Shown here: one piece after another, positions 1 to 7,705 of the stretch
How the letters are laid out: every line of letters starts with the position of its first letter
How positions within the stretch are numbered: position 1 is the first letter of the stretch
Source of the DNA: Patescibacteria group bacterium
GTDB lineage: Bacteria > Patescibacteriota > Minisyncoccia > Phycocordibacterales > CAIZLB01
Assembly (NCBI GenBank): GCA_040384865.1
Contig: JAZKIM010000004.1
Location: forward strand, 75,974-139,973
Direction of reading: 5' to 3'
DNA: 64,000 nucleotides
Program-made: the position numbers and the translations under genes
Notes under the pieces: model-generated
Database searches by the model: none
What the model was told of the DNA's origin: nothing
The model's input: only the letters and a program-made list of their open reading frames with translations

Positions 1-1
1 T

Positions 2-229
2 CGCATCTGGATTCGCGTCTTCCCAGATCGACCATGGACACAGAAAGCTGCTGAAGTAGGTATGGGTAAAGGAAAGGGTGATCCTCAGGGTTATTGTGTC
101 GAGGTAAAGCCGGGACGTGTCATCTTCGAAGTTGACGGTATCGACGAGGTCATCGCTCGAGAAGCGCTTCGAAAGGCAGGTAGTAAGCTTCCTATTAAGA
201 CCCGAATCATTACCCGTCACGACGCTTAA
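2..229 (+). CDS. rplP: 50S ribosomal protein L16, C-terminal part (gene starts upstream of window)
   Basis: Frame 2 translates to ...[46 protein letters not shown]...[18 protein letters not shown], the typical L16 C-terminus; stop TAA at 227-229; followed by L29/S17 as in the S10 operon. Confidence 0.8.
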   Translation, partial: RIWIRVFPDRPWTQKAAEVGMGKGKGDPQGYCVEVKPGRVIFEVDGIDEVIAREALRKAGSKLPIKTRIITRHDA

Positions 230-239
230 ATTATCATAT

Positions 240-497
240 ATGTCTGAATACAAAGGAAAATCTAAAAAGGACCTCGTAAAGACTCTCGTTGAAAAGAGAG
301 ACGCTCTTCAGAATTTCCGATTCGGCATCTCTGGAGGGAAGGCAAAAAATGTTAAGGAAGGACGAACTATCCGAAAGGAAATTGCTCGAATTCAGACAGA
401 ACTGAGTGCGCAGATGATTGCCGAAAAGGTGGAAGCTCCAAAGGCTGAAGTTAAGAAATCTTCTGCTCCAAAGAAGGCTAAAGCAGCAAAGAAATAA
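240..497 (+). CDS. rpmC: 50S ribosomal protein L29
   Basis: Internal Met of ORF 117..497; MSEYKGKSKKDLVKTLVEKRDALQNFRF... matches the L29 pattern; lies between L16 and S17. Confidence 0.8.
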   Translation: MSEYKGKSKKDLVKTLVEKRDALQNFRFGISGGKAKNVKEGRTIRKEIARIQTELSAQMIAEKVEAPKAEVKKSSAPKKAKAAKK

Positions 498-517
498 ATT
501 TAATAATAAAAACTGAC

Positions 518-775
518 ATGATTACCTCAACTACAACAAACACAGCATCAAAGAAACGAGTTCTTTCGGGTGTTGTTGTCTCTGATAAAATGAAAGACAC
601 TATCGTCGTGTCAGTGGAAAGATATGTAAAGGTCCCTAAGTATAATAAGTATGTAACTCGAACAAAGAAGTTCAAGGCTCATGATGCGGGGAATACAAAG
701 AAAATCGGTGACAAGGTCGAAATTCAGGAATGTGCTCCAATTTCGAAGGATAAGCACTTCACTCTCGTCAAATAA
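518..775 (+). CDS. rpsQ: 30S ribosomal protein S17
   Basis: 85 aa, KRVLSGVVVSDKMKDTIVVSVERYVKVPKYNKYV... S17 signature; operon position. Confidence 0.9.
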   Translation: MITSTTTNTASKKRVLSGVVVSDKMKDTIVVSVERYVKVPKYNKYVTRTKKFKAHDAGNTKKIGDKVEIQECAPISKDKHFTLVK

Positions 776-785
776 TTAAACCACC

Positions 786-1157
786 ATGTTACAACCACGC
801 TCAATCATTAACGTAGCAGATAACACAGGCGCAAAGATCGTCCGTGTCTTCAAGGTACTTGGTTCTGCCAAAAAGCGATATGCTGAAATTGGCGATATTG
901 TTGTTGTATCAGTACAAAAAGCTGAGCCTCGAAAGGCGGTGAAGAAAAAAGATGTTCTTCAGGCGGTTGTTGTTCGACAGAAGAAAGCCTTTCGACGAAA
1001 GGATGGATCATATGTCCGATTTGATGAAAATGCAGTGGTTATTCTTGATAAGGGAAAGAAAGAACCTCTCGCGGGTCGTATCTTCGGTCCAATTCCTCGA
1101 GAAATTGCTGAAAAAGGTTTTCAGACTATCGCTTCACGTGCGCCTGAAATCGTATAA
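786..1157 (+). CDS. rplN: 50S ribosomal protein L14
   Basis: 123 aa, MLQPRSIINVADNTGAKIVRVFKVLGS... canonical L14. Confidence 0.95.
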   Translation: MLQPRSIINVADNTGAKIVRVFKVLGSAKKRYAEIGDIVVVSVQKAEPRKAVKKKDVLQAVVVRQKKAFRRKDGSYVRFDENAVVILDKGKKEPLAGRIFGPIPREIAEKGFQTIASRAPEIV

Positions 1158-1180
1158 CACCTCCATTTAAATATACATAT

Positions 1181-1480
1181 ATGAAAATAAAATCAGGAGA
1201 TAATATAATAGTGATCGCAGGAAAGGACAAGGGTACAACAGCCAAGGTTCTTAAGGCAATGCCTAAGGAGAACATGGTACTTGTTGAAGGTACTAATATG
1301 CGGAAGCGACACAAGCGATCAAATAAGCAGAATAGTAAGGGTCAGATTGTAGACTTCGCTACTCCGATGCATGTTTCAAATGTTATGGTAGTCGACGGTG
1401 GCAAGCGAACTCGAGTTGGGAAGAAGCTTGTGGGTGAAAGATATGTTCGAATCAGTCGAAAGTCAGGAAAGACTCTATAA
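1181..1480 (+). CDS. rplX: 50S ribosomal protein L24
   Basis: 99 aa with KOW-type N-terminus MKIKSGDNIIVIAGKDKGTTAKVL; operon position. Confidence 0.9.
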   Translation: MKIKSGDNIIVIAGKDKGTTAKVLKAMPKENMVLVEGTNMRKRHKRSNKQNSKGQIVDFATPMHVSNVMVVDGGKRTRVGKKLVGERYVRISRKSGKTL

Positions 1481-1497
1481 AAAAGAAATAAACGACC

Positions 1498-2049
1498 ATG
1501 AAAAATCATCTTACTGTAAAAGAAAAAGGAGCAAAGGCATTCGACGCGTTGAAGGATCGGTTTGGCTATAAGAACAAGCTTCAGGCACCTCGGATCGTCA
1601 AGATCACTCTTTCTGCTACAACTGGTTCTGTTAAGGACCCAAAGAAGAAGGAGCTTATTGGTGATCGAATGAATAAGATTGCGGGTCAGAAGGCTACTCC
1701 CACCGCAGCCAAGAAGTCCGTCGCTTCATTTAAAGTGCGACAGGGCGACAAGATCGGTTACCAGGTAACACTTCGCGGAGAGCGAATGTGGAGCTTCCTT
1801 GAGAAGCTGGTGAATATTGCACTCCCTCGAACTCGAGACTTTCGTGGTATTGAAGCTAAGTCGGTGGATGCTATGGGAAACTATACTCTTGGAATCAAGG
1901 AGCATACGGTATTTCCTGAGACAGCCGATGAAGAAATCAAAGATGTCTTCGGTTTCGCTGTCACTTTGGTAACTTCTGCTAAGAAGAAGGAGGAGACTAA
2001 GGCGTTGCTTGAACATTTGGGCTTTTTGTTCAAAAAGAGCGATAAATAA
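1498..2049 (+). CDS. rplE: 50S ribosomal protein L5
   Basis: 183 aa; APRIVKITLSATTGS...YTLGIKEHTVFPE typical of L5. Confidence 0.95.
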   Translation: MKNHLTVKEKGAKAFDALKDRFGYKNKLQAPRIVKITLSATTGSVKDPKKKELIGDRMNKIAGQKATPTAAKKSVASFKVRQGDKIGYQVTLRGERMWSFLEKLVNIALPRTRDFRGIEAKSVDAMGNYTLGIKEHTVFPETADEEIKDVFGFAVTLVTSAKKKEETKALLEHLGFLFKKSDK

Positions 2050-2098
2050 CATTGACTTTGAGCCTTTAAATTGATACCATCACAAAACATTACGTAAT

Positions 2099-2284
2099 AT
2101 GGCAAAAACATCCACAGTCGCACGATCCCTTAAAGCACCGAAGTTCCAGAGTCGGGTAGTTCGACGATGTTTCCGATGTGGAAGAAAGCGAGGCTATATG
2201 CGAGACTTCGATATGTGTCGAATTTGCTTCCGAGAGGCTGCAAACGAAGGACGTATTCCTGGTATAAAGAAATCATCATGGTAG
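2099..2284 (+). CDS. rpsN: 30S ribosomal protein S14, zinc-binding type Z
   Basis: 61 aa with CRRCGRK...CRICFRE zinc ribbon; between L5 and S8. Confidence 0.9.
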   Translation: MAKTSTVARSLKAPKFQSRVVRRCFRCGRKRGYMRDFDMCRICFREAANEGRIPGIKKSSW

Positions 2285-2667
2285 ACACTATTTCATCACT
2301 TATCATAAAGCTTAAAAACGCAAACATTGCAGGTAAGACAATGGTTTCTTTTCCTTACTCAAAGCTTCGAGAGGCAATTCTTATAACTCTTGAAAAAGAA
2401 GGTTTTGTGAAAGCTGTTTCAAAGAAGGGTAAGAAAGTTACAAAGACGGTTGAAGCTGAACTTGTCTATGTTGAAGGAAAGCCTCGAATCACTGATATTG
2501 AACAGATTTCAAAACAGTCTCGACGGGTGTATCAGGGAGCAAAGGAGATTCGTCTTGTGAATAGCGGCTTCGGAGCGCTCATTCTTACCACCCCAAAGGG
2601 AGTTTTGACAGGGCGAGAGGCTCGAAAGGAAAAGGTCGGCGGTGAAGTTCTCTTTAGAATTTGGTAA
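2278..2667 (+). CDS. rpsH: 30S ribosomal protein S8
   Basis: Internal Met of ORF 2167..2667 (MVDTISSLIIKLKNANIAG...), ATG at 2278 overlapping the S14 stop; S8 sequence pattern. Confidence 0.9.
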   Translation: MVDTISSLIIKLKNANIAGKTMVSFPYSKLREAILITLEKEGFVKAVSKKGKKVTKTVEAELVYVEGKPRITDIEQISKQSRRVYQGAKEIRLVNSGFGALILTTPKGVLTGREARKEKVGGEVLFRIW

Positions 2668-2697
2668 TCATTTTCATATTTAATTAATCGCATCATC

Positions 2698-3231
2698 ATG
2701 TCACGAACAGGTAAACAAAAACTCGAAATTCCAGCAAAGACAGAAGTCACTTTCGTTGACGGTTTGTTTACTGTGAAAGGACCAAAAGGTGAACTCAAGC
2801 GAGAGTTTAAAAATTCTATTGCTATCAAGATCGATGGTTCAATCATTACTCTTGAGCCAGTAAAGAAGACTCTCGAAACTAATGCACTTTGGGGTACATA
2901 TGCATCTCATATAAAGAACATGATTGCTGGCGTTAATACTCCATATATCAAGAAACTTATTCTTGAAGGTATTGGATACAAAGCTGATGTTGTTGGTACT
3001 ACGCTCAAGATGGCATTAGGTTTTTCTCATCCAGTAAATGTGGAGATCCCTGCGGGCATTACTGTCACTTCAGAAAAAGGTATTCTCACGATTACTGGCG
3101 CTGATAAGGAAGCTGTTGGACAGTTTGCTGCAGAAACACGTTCTCTAAAGAAGCCTGAGCCGTATAAGGGTAAGGGATTCCGATATGAAGGTGAGATAAT
3201 TAAGCGAAAGCAGGGTAAGAAAACTGCATAA
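2698..3231 (+). CDS. rplF: 50S ribosomal protein L6
   Basis: 177 aa, [33 protein letters not shown]... canonical L6. Confidence 0.95.
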   Translation: MSRTGKQKLEIPAKTEVTFVDGLFTVKGPKGELKREFKNSIAIKIDGSIITLEPVKKTLETNALWGTYASHIKNMIAGVNTPYIKKLILEGIGYKADVVGTTLKMALGFSHPVNVEIPAGITVTSEKGILTITGADKEAVGQFAAETRSLKKPEPYKGKGFRYEGEIIKRKQGKKTA

Positions 3232-3241
3232 TAAAACCGCC

Positions 3242-3586
3242 ATGAAACAACACATTATTTCATCAACACGAGATCGACGACGAAAGCGCATTCGAGCGAA
3301 GATTTCTGGTACCGCAGAACGACCTCGACTTTCTATCTACAAGTCAAATACAACCATCTACGCACAGCTCATCAATGACGAAAGTGGAGTGACTTTGGCA
3401 GCTGCCTCAACTAAGGGTCAGAAGGGAAACAAGACGGAGGCAGCAAAAGCGGCAGGTGTTGCACTTGCAAAAGCAGCGACAACGAATAATATTACTACTG
3501 TTGTATTCGACCGAGGTGGATTCATTTACACTGGACGAGTAAAAGCCCTTGCGGAAGGTGCTCGAGAAGGCGGACTCAAATTCTAA
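3242..3586 (+). CDS. rplR: 50S ribosomal protein L18
   Basis: 114 aa; C-terminal [27 protein letters not shown] is diagnostic for L18. Confidence 0.9.
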   Translation: MKQHIISSTRDRRRKRIRAKISGTAERPRLSIYKSNTTIYAQLINDESGVTLAAASTKGQKGNKTEAAKAAGVALAKAATTNNITTVVFDRGGFIYTGRVKALAEGAREGGLKF

Positions 3587-3591
3587 ATACT

Positions 3592-4299
3592 ATGAACGAC
3601 GAAATAAAAACACAGACAAATACAGAGCCGGCCCCAGTAGCACCAGCTGCTATTGAATCAGTTCTTGCGGCAGCAACTGGAGCACAGGCTGTTCCATCGG
3701 CACCTGCACGAAGTGCAGATCGACGAGGCGCTTTTGCTGGCGGTGGACTGGGCGGAGATCGACGAGGTGGTCAAGGTGGTGGTGGACGAGGAGGCGAACG
3801 ACGTGGCGGACCACGACGCGAACCTCGTGCTAAACCTGAATTTGATCAGAAGATCATCTCCATCAGACGTGTAACTCGAGTGGCATCGGGAGGACGACGA
3901 TTTAGCTTCGCTGTTTCTCTCGTTGCTGGTGATCGAAAAGGTAAGGTGGGTGTAGGTACAGGAAAAGGAGGAGATACAGCGCTCGCTGTAGATAAGGCAG
4001 CTCGAAACGCTAAGAAGAACATGATCACTGTTAATACAACAAAGACGGGAAGCATTGCTCATGAAGTGAAGGCTAAATACTCAAGCGCGCGTGTTGAAAT
4101 GATGCCTGCTCCTGGAAAAGGAATTGTAGCAGGAAGCTCAGTTCGAGATGTTATCGACCTTGCTGGAATCAAAGATATTACAGCAAAGCTTCGATCTGGA
4201 ACAAAAAATAAGCTTAACAACGCTCGAGCCGCGGTCTTGGCACTTAGCATGATCAAGAAGCCTCGAGCTCAGCACACTCCATCAACTCCTGCAAAATAA
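3592..4299 (+). CDS. rpsE: 30S ribosomal protein S5 with ~70-aa Ala/Pro- then RGG-rich N-terminal extension
   Basis: S5 core begins at EFDQKIISIRRVTRVASGGRRFSF...; preceded by DRRGAFAGGGLGGDRRGGQGGGGRGGERRGGPRREPR; 235 aa against a typical ~165. Confidence 0.9.
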   Translation: MNDEIKTQTNTEPAPVAPAAIESVLAAATGAQAVPSAPARSADRRGAFAGGGLGGDRRGGQGGGGRGGERRGGPRREPRAKPEFDQKIISIRRVTRVASGGRRFSFAVSLVAGDRKGKVGVGTGKGGDTALAVDKAARNAKKNMITVNTTKTGSIAHEVKAKYSSARVEMMPAPGKGIVAGSSVRDVIDLAGIKDITAKLRSGTKNKLNNARAAVLALSMIKKPRAQHTPSTPAK

Positions 4300-4316
4300 T
4301 TTTTAATAAAACTGCC

Positions 4317-4754
4317 ATGCAAAACCATAATCTTAAGCGAAAGACTCCAAACAAGAAAAGCGCCCTCATCGGACGTGGTGGTAAGCGCGGCAAGACTTCA
4401 GGAAAGGGAGGAAAGGGGCAGACAGCTCGAGCGGGTGCGAAGGTTCGTCCAGAGATCCGAGACACTATTAAGCGACTTCCAAAGCTTCGAGGTCGAGGAA
4501 AGAATTCGTTCCTTTCTATACAGACAAAGCCTATCGCTGTATACCTCGATCAACTTTCAGTTTTTAAGGCAGGTGAAAAAGTTACTCCAAAGACACTTGT
4601 AGACAAGGGTGTTACAGAGATATATAAAGGGCGATACCCAGCTATAAAAATTCTTTCAAACGGAGATATCGAAACTAAGCTAGTTATTTCAGGATGTACA
4701 GTATCAGCGGGTGCTAAGGTAAAGATCGAAGCCGCGGGAGGTTCTGTAAAGTAA
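4317..4754 (+). CDS. rplO: 50S ribosomal protein L15
   Basis: 145 aa, Gly/Lys/Arg-rich N-terminus GRGGKRGKTSGKGGKGQ typical of L15; follows S5 directly, with no L30 gene between. Confidence 0.9.
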   Translation: MQNHNLKRKTPNKKSALIGRGGKRGKTSGKGGKGQTARAGAKVRPEIRDTIKRLPKLRGRGKNSFLSIQTKPIAVYLDQLSVFKAGEKVTPKTLVDKGVTEIYKGRYPAIKILSNGDIETKLVISGCTVSAGAKVKIEAAGGSVK

Positions 4755-4755
4755 C

Positions 4756-6027
4756 ATGACAAACTTTTTTCAAAAACTTAAGACGCTTTTCACTGACAAG
4801 ACACTCCGAAATCGAATACTATTCGTTATCGGAGCTCTTGTTGTTTTCCGATTACTTGCGGTAGTTCCAATTCCGGGTGTTGATGCGGGGGCTCTTGCAA
4901 ATTTCCTTGCTGGCAATCAGTTCTTCGGACTTTTGAATATTTTCTCTGGAGGAGGTCTTTCAACTCTCTCTATTGTAATGCTCGGTGTTGGTCCATATAT
5001 CACCGCATCTATCATTATGCAGTTGTTTACGATGATGTCTGAAAGTATGAAGGCAATGTACCAGGAAGAAGGGGAGGCTGGACGACGAAAATTCAATCAG
5101 TACACTCGACTTATCACAGTTCCCCTCGCATTCATTCAGGCATTTGCGTTCATTGTCATCCTTCAGCGACAGGGAATCGTGGCAAGTCTTGGTACCTTTG
5201 ACCTTGTAAGAAACGTTATGGTTATAGTTACCGGATCAATGCTTCTTATGTGGATAGGTGAATTAATGACAGAGTTTGGTATAGGTAACGGTCTTTCTAT
5301 GATTATCTTTGCTGGTATCGTTTCTTCTATTCCTACAACCATCGGTCAGTTCCGTGTCATCTACGATCCAGCGCAGTTTCCGCTCTATGTCGGTCTTGTA
5401 GTGGCGGCGCTCGCCATCATCTACGCTGTTGTTTACGTTACTGAAGCGGAACGACCGATTCCAGTCACTTATGCAAAGCAGGTACGTGGCGGTAAGATGT
5501 ATGGAGGCGCTTCAACTTACCTTCCACTTCGTCTTAACCAGGCTGGTGTTATTCCAATCATCTTCGCCCTTTCAATCCTTCTCTTACCTCAAATGATATT
5601 CAATCTTTTGTCGTATGCTAATAACGTAACAATTGCTCGGATTTCTGTTTCTATATCAGATTTCATGGCTAACCCATGGCTCTATGCTTTGGCATATTTC
5701 ATCCTTGTATTTCTCTTTACCTTCTTCTATACAGCTGTTACCTTCGATCCACAGACGATTTCTACGAATCTTCAGAAGAATGGAGCATTCATCCCCGGGG
5801 TACGTCCTGGCGACCCTACAGCGGTTCATTTGAGCCGTGTGGTAACACGAATCACTCTTGTCGGCGCCCTTTTCCTTGGTGTTATCGCAGTCCTTCCGCC
5901 TGTTGTTCACGCTGTTACTGGTATTCAACAAATCACTATTGGTGGTACGGCACTTCTCATCGTGGTATCTGTGGTGCTTGATTTGGTAAAGAAAGTAGAT
6001 GCTCAGTTAGCAATGCGGGAATATTAA
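4756..6027 (+). CDS. secY: Preprotein translocase subunit SecY
   Basis: 423 aa polytopic membrane protein; conserved position after L15. Confidence 0.95.
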   Translation: MTNFFQKLKTLFTDKTLRNRILFVIGALVVFRLLAVVPIPGVDAGALANFLAGNQFFGLLNIFSGGGLSTLSIVMLGVGPYITASIIMQLFTMMSESMKAMYQEEGEAGRRKFNQYTRLITVPLAFIQAFAFIVILQRQGIVASLGTFDLVRNVMVIVTGSMLLMWIGELMTEFGIGNGLSMIIFAGIVSSIPTTIGQFRVIYDPAQFPLYVGLVVAALAIIYAVVYVTEAERPIPVTYAKQVRGGKMYGGASTYLPLRLNQAGVIPIIFALSILLLPQMIFNLLSYANNVTIARISVSISDFMANPWLYALAYFILVFLFTFFYTAVTFDPQTISTNLQKNGAFIPGVRPGDPTAVHLSRVVTRITLVGALFLGVIAVLPPVVHAVTGIQQITIGGTALLIVVSVVLDLVKKVDAQLAMREY

Positions 6028-6046
6028 TATTGACTCTTAGAAAAAA

Positions 6047-6076
6047 GCCTCGTGTTTAAGACGCGAGGCTTTTTTC
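6047..6076 (+). terminator. Rho-independent terminator after secY
   Basis: GCCTCGTG-tttaaga-CGCGAGGC hairpin followed by TTTTTTCT. Confidence 0.6.
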
Positions 6077-6178
6077 TAAATGTAAGGGATTTTGGTCAAA
6101 ATATATGGTTTGAAAAAGGTTCAAGTGTTTCAATCTGTTAAGATGGCTCATTAGTAAACAATATCTTATAATAAACAC

Positions 6179-6793
6179 ATGACACCTCGCACATTCATTC
6201 TCATGGGTCGTTCCGGTTGTGGTAAGGGGACGCAAGGAAAGATGCTCCGTGATTTCATCACCGCTCACGATGATGAACAGCGTAAGGTTTTCTATCTCGA
6301 AACAGGTGAACGTTTTCGTGAATTCATAAAGGGTAAAAGTTTTTCAAGTAAATTAGCAGGGGAGATAAACAATATGGGAGCGTCACAACCCGCATTCCTT
6401 GCGGTGTGGAACTGGGCACACTTGATGGTCGAAGAATTGACAGGGGAAGAGCATGTTTTTGTTGATGGTACTCCACGTTCGTTCCAAGAAGCACTGGTCT
6501 TTGATTCAGCTGTTACTTTTTATGGACGGAACAAGCCGGTAGTTATTTATATTGACGTTAGCAAAGAATGGTCGAAAGAACGCCTTGTTGCAAGAGCGGG
6601 AACGGAAGGACGTGTAGACGACCAGAAGACTGAGCAGATAGATAATAGGCTTTCGTGGTTTGATACCGATGTTGTCCCTGCTATCGATTATTTTCGAGTG
6701 AATGGTCGTTATCGATATCTACATATAAACGGAGAGCAACCTATTGAAAAGGTACACGCTGATATTATTGCAGAATTAGGGCGAAGCGAGTAG
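6179..6793 (+). CDS. adk: Adenylate kinase (short form)
   Basis: P-loop GRSGCGKGTQ; position between secY and map; 204 aa. Confidence 0.75.
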   Translation: MTPRTFILMGRSGCGKGTQGKMLRDFITAHDDEQRKVFYLETGERFREFIKGKSFSSKLAGEINNMGASQPAFLAVWNWAHLMVEELTGEEHVFVDGTPRSFQEALVFDSAVTFYGRNKPVVIYIDVSKEWSKERLVARAGTEGRVDDQKTEQIDNRLSWFDTDVVPAIDYFRVNGRYRYLHINGEQPIEKVHADIIAELGRSE

Positions 6794-6805
6794 TATGATT
6801 TTTAC

Positions 6806-7609
6806 ATGTCTGGCGTAACCATTAAAACAGCGGTGGATATAGAAATTCTCCGAAGGGCAGGAAAGATCCTGGCTGATATTTTGAGTGAACTAGAAGCTGT
6901 TGCAAAGGTTGGAATCACTTCATTTGAGCTTGAAAAGACGGCTCTCAAACTGACTAAAAAAGCTGGGGCAAAACCAGCTTTTTTGGGGTATACCCCTCAA
7001 GGAGCTTCTCGGCCATATCCCGCAGCACTTTGTCTTTCAATAAACGACGTTGTGGTGCATGGTATTCCAAATGCAGTTTCGTATACACTTAAAGATGGTG
7101 ACCTTGTCACTCTGGATATGGGTATCTCGTATAAAGGAATGATCGTAGACAGTGCAACCACCATAGGTGTAGGAGATGTGGATAGTAAGGGTAAGCAGCT
7201 TTTAAAGGCTGGTAAAGAAGCTCTTGATGCTGCGGTTGAAATTTGCAAACATTGGACTGAAAAGAAGGTTAGTATAAAGACGGGGGATATTGGCATGGCT
7301 ATTGAAAAAGCTGGTGAATACTATCGCAAAACCTATGGCTTCAATTTTGCAGAAGGTCTTGGCGGTCATGGAGTAGGATATTATGTTCACGAGGATCCAT
7401 TTATACCAAATTTCGGTAAGCCGGGACAGGGTGTTGTCTTAAAACCAGGTATGGTCATTGCAATTGAGCCAATCTTGAACGAGGGCGACGAACGAATCAC
7501 TCTCGATGACGACGACTACACCTATCGTACCTTTGATGGGAAACGAAGCGTGCACTTTGAACATACCGTTTTGATAACAGAGAAGGGGGCAGAAGTTTTG
7601 ACCGCATAA
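6806..7609 (+). CDS. map: Methionine aminopeptidase type I
   Basis: 267 aa, M24 pita-bread fold motifs (HGIP, LDMG, GHGVG, IEP). Confidence 0.95.
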   Translation: MSGVTIKTAVDIEILRRAGKILADILSELEAVAKVGITSFELEKTALKLTKKAGAKPAFLGYTPQGASRPYPAALCLSINDVVVHGIPNAVSYTLKDGDLVTLDMGISYKGMIVDSATTIGVGDVDSKGKQLLKAGKEALDAAVEICKHWTEKKVSIKTGDIGMAIEKAGEYYRKTYGFNFAEGLGGHGVGYYVHEDPFIPNFGKPGQGVVLKPGMVIAIEPILNEGDERITLDDDDYTYRTFDGKRSVHFEHTVLITEKGAEVLTA

Positions 7610-7705
7610 TAGCTTTGATATATTCAGTTTATGGAAGCAGGACGGGCAAAATAAAAAATGACTAAATCTACGCCATTGTTCCGTCTTGATATATAATAGT
7701 AATCA

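Noticed and set aside
952-1170. 72-aa ORF inside rplN in another frame
   Set aside because: Nested within a conserved ribosomal protein gene.
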